Shown here: positions 1 to 12,018 of the stretch, piece after piece
Layout of the letters: each line of letters begins with the position of its first letter
Position numbering within the stretch: the stretch's first letter is position 1
Assembly (NCBI GenBank): GCA_964187785.1
Contig: OZ076409.1
Location: 77,438,001-77,502,000, forward strand
Source: Amphiscolops sp. MND2022
Taxonomy: Eukaryota
Direction: 5' to 3'
DNA length: 64,000 nucleotides
Notes under the pieces: generated by a model
What the model was told of the DNA's origin: nothing
Databases searched by the model: none
What the model saw: only the letters and a program-made list of their open reading frames with translations
Translations under genes and position numbers: made by a program

Positions 1-2825
1 AACTGAAAAATTAGGCCAGTAAGTCTCCCATGTACTTTCAGCAAATTTTTTGAAGTATTAAATTATGAATGAAAGGCAAAACTTTTCACAAAAAAGAAAC
101 TTTTCCAGCATGTCATTACTGTTCCCGGGTTTCCCGACCAGGCCGATCACAATCTGACCATATTATGGCGCCATACAAATCATACAATTTTCCTAACTAT
201 GATCGGCCTGGAATCATATATGGTCCAGAGTATGATCCGCCTGGAATCATATATGGTCCAGAGTATCATCAGCATGGAATCATTTTGTTCAAAACGCGGG
301 TTGACGTGACATACAACCCAAACAAATGTTTCCAAATATTGAGAACAGCCAGCCTAATAGACTGAGGGCAATAAAACTACATTCGACCTTTTGTATCTGC
401 GAACGATATATTGCAGGTCAGAACTCCGTTAAGATCTAAGCGGAGTTGAAGACAAACTATAGTCAACTATAATCACCCAAAAATTGATGAATGCTACCTT
501 GTTTTCAATTTAGTGATTGTAATAGACCTTTGGTTGAGGTATATCTTGTAAATTCATCGGTGTATACGTTAATTTGCTACATTATCCTAATTTTGTTTTT
601 ATGGCTCCAGGCTGACCATACTCTGGGGCAAAAAGGTTTATGGTTCCAGGGTGATCATAGACTGAACCATATATGGCCCAGAATATGGTCAGGCTGGAAC
701 CATAATCTTTGCTTTTTAATGGAACTTGGCGTATCAAAGACTGGACCATATATGTCCAGGGTATGGTCAACGTGGAACCATAATGTATGATTATCGAGTA
801 TGATTGACCTGTTTAGTATGGGGGGAAACCCGAGTTTCCTAGAAATCAGACTACATTGGTTGTAGATTTAATTCCACCAACATGAAACAGTGATTGGTAT
901 CTTATTCTGCTATTTACTCGCGATTTTCTCGACAATATGTTCAATATCGATAAAAGTTGAAAATGAATCTGAATCATTATTTTGGTGCGAAAAGATCTCA
1001 AAGCAGTCGACAAACTTCCGAATTTTTTAAAAATTACAAAAGTTATACCGTTCTACAGAAAAAGAGAAAAGGATAAAACTGAAAAAAAGCCAATAAGTCT
1101 CCCATGTACTTTCAGCACTTTTTTTGAGGTATTAAATTTTAAAGAAAGGCAAAACTTTTCACGAAAAAGAAATTTTTCCAGCAAGTCATTACTGTTCCCG
1201 GGTTTCCCGACCAGGCTGATCATAATCTGACCATAATTTGGCGCCATACAAATCATACAAATTTCCATACTATGATCGGCCTGGAAGCTTATATGATCCA
1301 AAGTATGATCGGCCTGGAATCATTTATGGTCCAGAGTATCATCAGCATGGAATCATTTTGGTCCAAACGCGGGTTGACGTGACATGCAACCCAAACAAAT
1401 TTTTCCAAATATTGAGAACAGCCAGCTTTATAGGCTGAGGGCAATAGAGCTACATTCGACCTTTTGTATCTGCCAACGATACATTACAGGTCAGAACTCC
1501 GTTAAGCTCTAAGCGGAGTTGAAGACAAACTATAGTCAACTATGGTCACCCAAAAATTGATGAATGCTACCTTGTTTTCAATTTAGTGATTGTATTGGAC
1601 CTTTGGTGGAGGTATACCTTGTAATTTTATTGGTGTATGCGTTAATTGACTACATTATCCTAATTGTCTTTTCATGGCTACAGGCTGACCATTCTCTGGG
1701 GCATTAAAGTTTATGGGTCCAGGATGATCATAGACTGAACCATATATGGGCCAGAATATGGTCAGGCTGAAACCATAAACTTTGCTTTTTAATGGAGCCT
1801 AGCGTATCAAAAACTGGACCATATATGTCAAGGGTATGGTCAACCGGTAACCATAATGTATGATTATGGAGTATGATTGACCTGTTTTTGTATGGGAGGG
1901 AAAACTCGAGTTTCCTAAAAATTAGACTACAAGGATTGTAGATTCAATTCACCAACATGAAACAGTGATTGGTATCTTTTTCACTTTTTACTCGCAACTT
2001 TCTTGACAATGTGTTCAATATCGGTATAAGTTGAAACTGAATCTACATCATTATTTTGGTGAGAAAAGATCTCAAAGCAGCCAATACATTTCCGAAATTT
2101 TTTAAAACTACAAAAATTAAACCGTTCTACAGAAAAAGAGAAAAGAATAAAACTGAAAAAATAGACCAGTAAGTCTCCCATGTACTTTCAGCAAAGTTTT
2201 TAAGGTATTAAATCATAAATGAAATGCAAAATCTTTTACGAAAACGAAACTTTTCCAGCACGTCATTACTGTGCCCGGGTTTCCCAACCAAGCCGATCAT
2301 AATCTGACTATAATGTGGCGCCATACAACTCAAGCAAACTTCCATACTATGATCGGCCTGGAAGCATATATGGTCCAAAGTATGATCGGCCTGGAATCAT
2401 ATATGGTCCAAAGTATCATCAGGATGGAATCATTTTGGCCCAAACGCGGGTTGACGTGACATGCAACCCAAACAAATGTTTCCAAATAGTGAGATCAGCC
2501 AGCTTTATAGGCTGAGGGCAATAGAGCTACATTCGACCTTTTGTATCTGCGAACGATACATTACAGGTCAGAACTCCGTTAAACTCTAAGCGGAGTTGAA
2601 GACGAACTATAGTCAACTATGATCACCCAAAAATTGATGAATGCTACCTTGTTTTCAAATTAGTGATTGTACTAGACCTTTGGTTGAGGTATATCTTGTA
2701 ATTTCATCGGTGTATGCGTTAATTGACTAGATTATCCTAATTTTCTTTTCATGGCTCCAGGCTGACCATACTCTGGGGCATACTCAGGCTGATCATAGAC
2801 TGAACCATATGTGGCCCAGAATATA
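1..2825. repeat. Tandem array, ~1,075-bp unit, 2.6 copies visible (1-1077, 1078-2150, 2151-2825 truncated); runs off the left edge
   Basis: Anchor AAGTCTCCCATGTACTTTCAGC at 21, 1095 and 2171 (periods 1074 and 1076). Each unit carries 33-bp sub-repeats (TATGATCGGCCTGGAATCATATATGGTCCAGAG). Confidence 0.95.
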
Positions 2826-5100
2826 TAACAACTTATGAAGTTTATAAAATCTGTCAGTTCGTTTGTCCTAAAAAAATCAATAGTACGAAGAACTGCAGAG
2901 GAAATACTAACATCTAGAACGTGATAACTGGGGACGTAGTCCCTTGTGTTTATAAGTGGAAAGTCAGATGACAATCTTTATCAATCACTTTTCTACTGCT
3001 GCTCACTTTATAACGAGATACCGCCGGACGTAGCGAGACTAAATTTAATTATCAAAACTGATTGTGAAAGACTGAGAAACTACATTTTGAATGAAAATGA
3101 ACGAACATTTTAAGACTCATGAACGCTATTATTAACATCCTCCTTCAAATATATATTTTTGTGGCTAGTTCGATTGCACAAAACTGCTCGGACAATGTCC
3201 AAAAAAACGAGAAGAAGGACTGATTCTGTATCTACTCTACAAGAGCACAGTCGAGTCTTTGCTCTCCAAATTTTAAATGCATATTCTGCCACTTCCACCG
3301 TGAAACTCAGAATTATCTTAGTGATAGCTTTTTCTAGGTGTCTGCTTGTCATTTTTTGGACACCGCGTAACCATTTTGTGACTGAACAATTTGTCAATGA
3401 TGTTTCTATCGGTTTTTATATCTGGTCATTGGCAATTCCGATACAGTTACCACAAAATCTCAATGTTAAGTAAGCTTGATACCAAATTTAATTGTAGTAT
3501 CAATTTGTAATTTGCAAACGCGGGAGACCGCACAGTATTTCTGCTGTCATTTCGGTCTTTGTACCAAGGGTAAGCTCGTGCGCGTTGTGTCGGAAATGGC
3601 TAAGCGTTTGAGTGTGTTTCCTGCTCAATTAGGGGACGCGTGAAGAAGTCAGGGAGCACTAAAGTTTTGTAGATATTTGAGCGTTGCTTGCTTTAGATCT
3701 CAATTTGGGCCGCAAATTTTTTCAAATGTATTCGTTTGTTTAGCAACATTCTCTGTACTTGCTGTAGGAGTTCGATAAAATGCAGTTTGTCGTCCACAAT
3801 CAAACCCAGGTTGTTGTGTTTCTGGTGTCATTACAGCTCTCCGAAAAACGTTGAGGCATGCGTGTTCTCACAGTTCATAAAGATGATTGACGACTTGTAA
3901 CCATTGACTGCGATCATCCAATTTTTGCACCAGCGTTCCAATTGTTTGAGAATAGTTTGGCAGTTCAGATAAACTTGAAATTAAATATCTTCTATCACTA
4001 AGAGGTTTCCATCGTCAGCAAACTTGGAGTTGTTACAATTGAGGTGTTTAAACGTGTCGAAAACGAAGAACAAAATTGTGATTACACACTGCTTTGTAGC
4101 CGTCCATCATTGGATCCAATGTGTTGGTTTGTCAGATTACCATTTTCTATGATGAGTTTTTTGTTTTTCAGAACTCCCGATTGATGAGCGTTTGGCGCTG
4201 TCCATTGATCCATACGGAATCGAAGACCTTCTGGAAGTCAAGGGATATCAAGGCGCCACTTTTTGTGCTCATTCTAATTTCTTGACATTACATTTTCAGC
4301 ATATAAAACAACCTTACTGTGCTCTTGTGTGACTGGAATCTTTCTTGTTCTTCATCTATCAGGTTGAAGCTTCTTAGTTTGGCATATTGGAATCTTTCCA
4401 CAACTTTTCAGGAGATTGTTATCGGCTGAATCGCTGCTGACGGCGTGGTGAGTCTGCTTTACTTTGCTTCCTCCGAAAGATGACTTTTGAATAATTCCAC
4501 AGCCAGTGATTTTCGTTAAGAGCTTGTATTGAGAAGGAAGGCTTCTTTTTATCGGGGTCCTGCGTAGTTGATCATTTTGGGGTGGATGTTGCCGTTATCG
4601 AGAGACCTTCTCGATGTTTTCAAAAAACGCAGGATGCATTCCAATTCTTCGAAGGTGAAGTCGCAGTTAAACCATCTGTCACGTTCTATCTCTGGTTTTT
4701 CGTAATGAAGAAATTGTTGTAAAGTTTTTTCTACATGTAGCTTGTTTTCTACGTTGAAGCAGGTTTTCTCCAAATGTTCTCCCGTGAAATAGGTTTCCCC
4801 GAATCTATCGGTTTTGTCTTTTTCAGCAAAGTAGATCTTGTCCTCCATCAACAACGGGGAAACTCCAGCAATTACTTTGTCCGTCAAAGGCATAGCGACA
4901 TGCTCCCAAAAATCTTCTGAGGGACTATCGTTACATCCTCGATTGAGCTTTTGAAGTATTCGTTTTCTTTATCGGTTACCAGTTTCTGAACGAATTGTTG
5001 AAGCTTTCTCAAAAGCTTGAGTTTTTGCGCCGAGCTACGATGTCGGTAGATTTTTCGTGCCTTACGAAGTTCTTAAATAAAATAATTCTACTATTCACAG
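2826..5100 (-). mobile_element. Degraded, 5'-truncated non-LTR retrotransposon (LINE ORF2: RT plus C-terminal Cys/His knuckle remnant)
   Basis: Minus-strand motifs: FNCDFTFEELECILRFLKTSRRSLDNGNIHPKMI (pre-RT, ORF 4549-4893), LDFQKVFDSVW (~4210-4245), LGLIVDDKLHF (~3778-3810), IYKTLVLP, and AFKIWRAKTRLCSCRVDTESV (ORF 3110-3397). Many stops and frameshifts; the 5' boundary is approximate. Confidence 0.85.
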
Positions 5101-5116
5101 TAGATAATAATCATTA

Positions 5117-6160
5117 CAGTGCACAAGCAAGCTTTTTGCTGCTTTTCGTGGAATCCGGGACACGAAAATTGAGAAAAGTCGTGGAATCCAGGACAAAATT
5201 TCTCTTTGATGTTAAGCGTGTCTTGGATTCCACGACAGTGCTTGTCCTGGATTCCACGCCAATACTGCTGCTATAATGACATTTTTGCCGCTGCTCTCTG
5301 ATTGGTCCGCTGATTTTGAGTAATCAATTTTGTAAAGGTAGAAAATTTTAAATTTATTCAATTTTATATCAATGGAACTTGTTTTGATTGACACGAAAAG
5401 TCCCAATGTACGAATAGAGATACTCATGACTGGTACCAAAATTAAAGCATGCCATCAAATAATGGCAGATTGTCATGATCTGGCAGGTTGTTAAAAACTG
5501 GTACTAAACTTGAAAATACGAATATTTGTGTAATATAATATTCATTTTGCATGATCATTATTAGAAAGGCAGAAGAACTTAAATTAAATCAATTTTACAT
5601 CGAAGGAAATTGTTTTGATTGACACGAAAAATCCAAGAAGTACGAATAGAGATACTCGTGAGTGGTACCAAAAATGAAGCATGTCATTAAAAAATGGCAG
5701 ATTGTGATGATCTGACAGTTTGTTCAAAACTGGTACTAAACTCCAAAAAATACGAATATTTTGAGTGATATTGGTGTGTTTGTCTGAATCATTTTGACTT
5801 AATATACGAAAAGTAGTGCATAATATTAAGTTTGTTCAGTCTTCCACTTGAATTTAATTCAAGAGGAGATGTCGCGTATCGCGTCAAGCATAAATTCGTG
5901 GAATCCAGGAAATTAATGATTTCTGCAATCGGATTGGTTCATTTCGCAAAACTTACGTTTTTGTGGAATCCAGGACACCGCTGCATGCCGACAGTTCGTA
6001 CAGCTAAGCATTTGTTACTGGAATCCACGACTAAATCCGTGGAATCCGGGACAAATGACGTAATTTGCCATTTTTGCACGGTTAAAGGTATGGTCGTGGA
6101 ATCCGAGATATTGAAAGCACTATGTTGCGCTTTGAGCAAATAAGGCTTGCCTGTGCACTC
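5117..6160. mobile_element. Non-autonomous TIR DNA element (~1.04 kb), Tc1/mariner-like ends
   Basis: Left end CAGTGCACAAGCAAGC (5117) and right end reverse complement GAGTGCACAGGCAAGC (6160), both flanked by TA. Nine internal (G)TGGAATCC motifs. No transposase ORF. Confidence 0.7.
5362..5760. repeat. Internal ~230-bp-period tandem duplication inside the TIR element
   Basis: TTGTTTTGATTGACACGAAAA...GTACGAATAGAGATACTC...GGTACCAAAA...ACTGGTACTAAACT occurs twice (~5378-5530 and ~5609-5760). Confidence 0.85.
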
Positions 6161-6589
6161 TAATGATAAGCTATTGGAAATTTTTCTTCTGAATTTCACA
6201 AGTTTTGTTCATTGCTAACTTGTTCCCAAGGGCACAACTAGTAGGGTGAATAGACTTATTTTTGTCCTGAAGCGATTTTGTAATTTTATCATTCGGTGAA
6301 ATAAAACTTCTTCAAATCAGACTAAATTGGTTGGTTGTAGATTATGTAGTCAGAAATGAATTAAAAGGAGAACTAAGAAGTATCTTTTATGAAGAGAAGT
6401 CATATTGCGTTAAAATTCTTTCAATTGAACATTTTTTCATTCAAGCCTCTGATATGCCGATGAAAAGACGATCGATAATTTCCATAATCAAAAGAAAAAT
6501 AAAAACAGACAGGTGATAACTCTTCCTGCAAGAACCAAGAACAAAATAGGCCTTCCGACAGAGATTTGCCATGGAGCCCGAAAATCCAT

Positions 6590-7530
6590 GATCATGGATG
6601 AAAAGCAAATTTACGTACCCTGGATTTGAAGGAAAAAGTACTTCCAGTAGCGCGTTCTATACTAAAACAGTGAATAATTAACATAAAGATCTCAAATAAC
6701 TCGGGCATTGATGAATTTGTTCTTCGAACGGAATTGCCCACTTTTACTGCAAATCTGATATCGAAATCACAATCACCGATTTTTGCTATCTTATGCTGAT
6801 TCACACATAACTGATATCGAATGAGTGGTAAATGAATTTAGAAAGTACACAAAAAGATTGTTGCGTAGAATTTTGCAAGTTCCTCAAGTTTCAAAACTTT
6901 CCCTTCAACAGAGAGTAGTCACCACCGGAAACTTTTCCCCTTTCCCGACACGAATAGGAAATTCAGGATTCAGTGATCGGAAAATTTCAAAAATGTAGAA
7001 ATTTGTAGATTACTTTTTGTCTTTACATGCCGCTATTGTAAGAGTTTGAAAAAAATGTTTCAGGAATTTTTAAAATGTTTAATGTTAAGTTAGAACTTCG
7101 TCAAATCGCTGTAACAAATCAAGGTTTCAGACTCTTTTGTTACGGAGACTTGGATTTCCTAGATTATACCATATTGTTTCATTTTTTGCATAAAACACAA
7201 TTGAACGCATATCATTTCTAAAAACGTTCTGCGAGTCATGCAAACAATCAATTTTGGTTTTTACCGAGCCTTAACACTTTATGAAATGAATGATAGTCTG
7301 TTCAACTGGGTTCATGGAAATTTTTCATCGGTAGTTGTCCAAAACAGCTTTGCGTACCCTTCAACCGCCCAGAATAAACTGTTTTGAAGAAATCAGCGAC
7401 CCGAACGACTTCTTTCCAGAAACGGCAATCTTCAATTTCTATCGATTTGGGTATATGGTGTCAATCAATTTATCAGCTTTCCTTTTTTCTGCAAACAAGC
7501 CCAAAACATTTGCAAAAGCATCGAAGTAGG
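6590..7530 (-). pseudogene. Possible degenerate protein kinase (TK/TKL-like) remnant
   Basis: Ordered motif remnants on the minus strand: FFKTVYSGRLKGT (subdomain I-like, ~7350-7395), IAAC...FYIFE (IV/V-like), F*IH...VNQHKIAKIGD (VIb/VII-like, ~6770-6835), SMPELFE (VIII-like). Broken by stops and frameshifts. Confidence 0.4.
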
Positions 7531-7676
7531 TTTCTCCTCATTAATTTTCTGTAAAGCTTCTTCAGTTCAATTTGAACAATTAGGCAATCCGAGTTTTCAT
7601 CTCCGATTGTCAATCCGATGAGCAGGTTCATTAGAACGAGTGTTGTCAACAATATGGCGAGAATCCAATAAATAGC

Positions 7677-7869
7677 TGTTATAGACTCATAAAAAGAATG
7701 ATTGTAGGGATGCTCGAGTTAAGAATGTTGTACTTCGATCACAACTAGTATCATCAAACTATAGCAATGTAAAAAGTAGCATCAACTGAATTAAGCTTAA
7801 GTAGTCTTTTATAGATCGTGGGCAGGTACTGTCAGTCTAATTAAAGCTGTCAATACTGTCACCTCTACA
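7677..7869 (-). repeat. 3' LTR of Mag-like Gypsy (193 bp)
   Basis: TGTTATAGAC...CCTCTACA; matches 13311-13504 with roughly a dozen differences. Confidence 0.95.
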
Positions 7870-7880
7870 TTCCCCCTCTT
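7870..7880 (-). promoter_or_regulatory. Polypurine tract of Mag-like Gypsy
   Basis: + strand TTCCCCCTCTT directly abuts the 3' LTR. Confidence 0.85.
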
Positions 7881-8950
7881 CGGGATTATGGAAACCAGCC
7901 TTGATCTTCTCCAGCGCTCTTGTTTCCCTTCTTTGTTATGTTCTTGGGGCTACGGGTGAAGTGGATGATTCTCTTCTGATTCTTCGGCTTTTGTTCAAAA
8001 TGGTTCAGAGTTTATTAGAAATAATCTATTCCGCCCATTTTTTCCACTCTTTTGGCTGTCTTAAGTCTATTTGATCTGCGTATCCCTTTTTCCCCCACTA
8101 TTGGTTCTGTAGCTTCCACCCTTTTCAATACTAAAATCTACAATACCTTTGTTTACTGACGTGGAGACTTTTTGCGGCCATTCGGTTGGGGTTGTATCCG
8201 TGTTCTTAGCGATACGTTGTTGTATCAGCTCTGTACTACAACCAACCGGCGAGGAGATTGCAGGCGTTTGGTTGTCTTGCGGTATCTCCGTCTGTTCCGT
8301 CTCGTTGCCGTTGTTGTATTTGATCTCAGCCGTGACGGTAAGTTCGGTGTCGATGTCTGCGGTCATCGGTGTTTCTTCGGCTCTGGATGATTGGCTATCG
8401 GATATTATTGTAAGATCGGGATTTCTTCCGTTTGTTTGGACGGCATTGTCGGGAATGTTTTGCTTGTACTTGTTGACTGCTTGCTTTGTTCACCGAGCTT
8501 CTTATTTTCCAACATTATTCTTTTATGGGTGTCACATAGTTTTTCATTGCTGAAGCGGCCGCATCTGGTGCATCTTTTAGTTGGCTTTCTTCCCTCTTCC
8601 GCTTTCTTTGATGGCTGAAATTTAAGGAGGTTAGACGCCAGTTTTTAATGAAAGCTTTTCCTGTCAGTTGTAGTTATAAAGTGTTTACTTTCTCTAGCTG
8701 CAGTCAAAACTTGTTGGTTTTAAATCTACAATTCATGCGTTTGGCTTGGTTTCTTTCTCAAAAAATTGGTAGTTTTTAAATTTATCGCTTACCGATCTAC
8801 CCCTTTTCCTTGACTTGTTGAAAACCAGGTTATCAGCGAGTTCTCCATCAGAGTCGTGTATTGTAAAAACCTGCAGAGCTGCGGAATGTGCTAAAACGTA
8901 ATTTGTTAGTGTTTTCTTCCAATCAGCCAATAGGGAGGCGGGTTGGCCAA

Positions 8951-10105
8951 TCAAATTAGTGATAGGCGTACGTGGTTTTTTCCGTGGGGTAATTGAAAGG
9001 GTGTCATTTTCATTGTAATGTGTGGTGTCTGTAATATTGTTTTAATTGACATTTGGACGCTCTCTTCAAAAGTTAATCCGTCTTCTAAATTGGCTCTAGT
9101 TAACGATTTAATTGTACGTATTGTTCTTTCGACCAATCCGGTTCCCGTGTGTAAATTTGGAGTACACCGTATTCGATTTATATTTTCACCGCTACAGTAA
9201 TCTTTAAATTCTTGGCTTTTGAAACAAAAATAGTTGTCGGTGCGAATAGTTCGTGGCGTTACGTTATCCGTACAATATTCAGTTGAAAATTTTTTTACGG
9301 TCCGAGAGTCCGTATTTTTACAAACTTGGGCTGTTGGCCATTTGCTAAAACGATCGATAGCGACTAAAATGTAAATATCTCCGCGTGATTTTGATTTTAT
9401 TGGACCGGCGAAATCCAATTGATTTTCCTGGCCAGGTTCAGTTAAAATTTCGAGTCTATTTATTTCCGTTCGCGGTAATTGTGTTTTCAAGCTCTTACCT
9501 GCAGCTCTGCCGCTAGGGCAAATTTCTGCTTTTTCTCTGATTTCGCAGCGTAAGCCGGGCCAGCAGAATGCCTCCACTGATTGGTCCATTTTGTTGATGG
9601 ATACGTGTCGTTGGTGAAGCATGGTGATTATTGTCGACCTCATTGCCTCCGGGATAACGATTTTATCGTTATAGAACAGCAGCCCAAAACGAGTTTGCAA
9701 ATGTTCCCGGTGCGGTCGGTATGGATAGAAGATGTTCTCAGATCTTCCTGTTTCGAGGGCAATTATTGCGTCCAAGAATATTGTGTCTTGTGCCGTCTCC
9801 TCGACCAGTAGTGGTAGGTCCATTGCAAAGTCTTTCTCAGCTCTCTTAATCATCGCGGCTGTTTTTTCGTTTTGTTTTTCGAGCAATGTATTTTGTTTGG
9901 CAGTTTGTTTTTCTCTGATAAGGTTGACACTTTCGTGCTTCTTGAACTTCCTCAAGATGTTTGTCGGGCATTTTTTTAGTTGACTAACTTGACTTTCTCT
10001 GTCTGACGATGCATTAATCCATGATTCGTGGATATTTTTCTTGAACTCTCTAAGTGGCGTAGTTCCCAAGCTTTCACAATAGTGGAAGAATGGATTATAA
10101 ATCAT
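8951..10105 (-). pseudogene. Gypsy integrase region (degenerate HHCC, D-D-E core)
   Basis: LHQRHVSINKM...WPGL...C; LDFAGP; AIDRFSKW; IRTDN; GLVERTIRTIK. Part of a frameshifted pol. Confidence 0.9.
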
Positions 10106-11965
10106 GACATTGATCCGTTCAATCTCTCTTCGGCCTTATTGGGAAGGGCGCTATTCTTGCAAACGTTCGTTGTCGGGCCTCTCCTTACGATTCTGGTTTT
10201 GTTTGGCTGTAGGATTTTGTTTCTTTCAGAGCGAAATCGGCTTGTTTCTGGGGAATGTCCTTTCTTTTTGAAAATAAATTCGAGATCAATTCCGTTCACT
10301 TTGTCCATTTTCGATTTTGACGGTGAATTGATTTTGAAGTTGTCACTGTTTGCTGGTTTATTGTTGTTTCGCGGTAAGTTCTTAGTTTGTTCACACGTTT
10401 GTATACTGTGCCGTGATTGGTCGGATTTTGGTACCGATGACGGTCGATTGATGTGTTGCGTAATACTTCCGTCCGTGCGACTGAACTCGAATAAGCCGTA
10501 TATCTGATGGATGACCAACTCTTTTTCGGCTTCTTTCTTGTCGTGTGCGTACGATCGTTCGGTTCCGCTGTCGTGAGCAATCGGATGACGGCTTAAATAA
10601 TCCGTTAAGGGAATGTTCTTGCCGGCGCTAAACTGCACGTTGACGTCGAAAAGGCTCAATCGATCTAGCCACCGTGTGAGTGTATTACGCTTTAGTAACG
10701 AATGTAATGCTTGGTGGTCGGCGGGAGATTTACTTTTTCCCCAAATACGTAATACCTGAAATATTCAAGACCCCATAAAGCGCCCAACAATTCTAGTTCA
10801 TTTATGGCATGTTTCCTTTCGCAATCGGTGAGGAAGCTGCTAGCGAAGGCCACTGTCTTAAAGTTTCGCCTTCTCTCTGCCATAGGGTTGCCCCTAATCC
10901 AGTATTACAGGCATCGGTTGTTATGAAATTACTTTTTTTTGGTCGAAGTGAGGTAGGCATGGTGCCTGAGTTATTTCCTTCTTCAGTTGTTCAAAATCAT
11001 CTTTTATTTCTGTCGTCCATTCCCATTTTACATCATTCTTTAGCAGTCTTCTCATTCTGTCGGTCTTTTTGGACAAATTATTCAGAAATTTTGACAGATG
11101 TTGTATTGATCCTAAAAATGATTTTAGTTCATTGGTGTTTGTGGGAGCATTTAGTTTTGTTATGGCTTCGGTTATATATTGGATTGGCTTTACCCCGTTG
11201 TGGTTTATCTGATATCCCAACCAGGTCAGTTCTTTTTTGAATAACTCTGTTTTTCCTTCTTTGGCTCGGTAACCAGCTTCTTGTAATTTGAGTAGGACTT
11301 CGCGTAATTCTTGTTCATGATCTTCTATTGTTCCGTTTGTAACGCAAATAATATCGTCTAACCAAACCGGTGGTTTCAATTCTAAAACTTTATCTATGTG
11401 TTCTTGGAACACGGTGGGGATGTCCGACAGGCCGTACAAACCCTTCTTCAACCAGTAGTGTCCCGTGAACTCACCGTCGATGATTGAGAACACGCAATGT
11501 CTTGACGCTTCTACGGATAATTTTGCCTGTCCGTAGGCATAATCTAAGTCGAGTTTGGACATCCATATTTCGCCGCTCCTTTTTGTAATTTTTGCTGATG
11601 TTTTACTGATTAATTCCTTCATTTTTGGCATTGTCGCTTTTCTTTTTATACATGATTCGTTCAATTTTCGGGAGTCTAATGCAATCTTCACCGACTTATC
11701 TGTTTTGATTGTTATAATGGCCGGTGAGACGAAGCAATTTTCAGTCGTTTTGTCCCTTTTTTCGAAATGCCCCTTTTCAATTTGTTTTTCCAATTCGTTC
11801 TTCACTATTTTTGAACATGAATGGGTACTGGTCTCCGTTTTTGTTGCATGGGTTTGGTATCTTTTTCAACTGAATGTCTATTGTTAAGCCCTTCATCGTA
11901 TGGTTCTTCTTAAAAAGATTTTCAAACTCTTCGAAAATTTTCTCACTTCTTTCATTCGCGGTCAT
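10102..11965 (-). pseudogene. Gypsy reverse transcriptase and RNase H
   Basis: ALDSRKLN, SKLDLDYAYGQ, GLYGLSDIPTVFQ, WLDDII, WLGYQIN, NELELLGALWGLEYFRYYVFG, LTDYLSR. Several frameshifts. Confidence 0.9.
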
Positions 11966-12018
11966 ATTTCGAATGATGTTTGTTTCACGATTTTCTTGCA
12001 GGCCGATCTCCAGTTTAT

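Noticed and set aside
198-270. 33-bp direct repeats as a CRISPR array or a repeat protein (YDRPGIIYGPE)n
   Set aside because: Repeats are contiguous with no unique spacers, there are no cas genes, the context is eukaryotic, and frames are not preserved across satellite units.
126-832. GGGTTTCCC / GGGAAACCC as NF-kB-like sites
   Set aside because: A short-motif match only; better explained as inverted termini of the satellite monomer.
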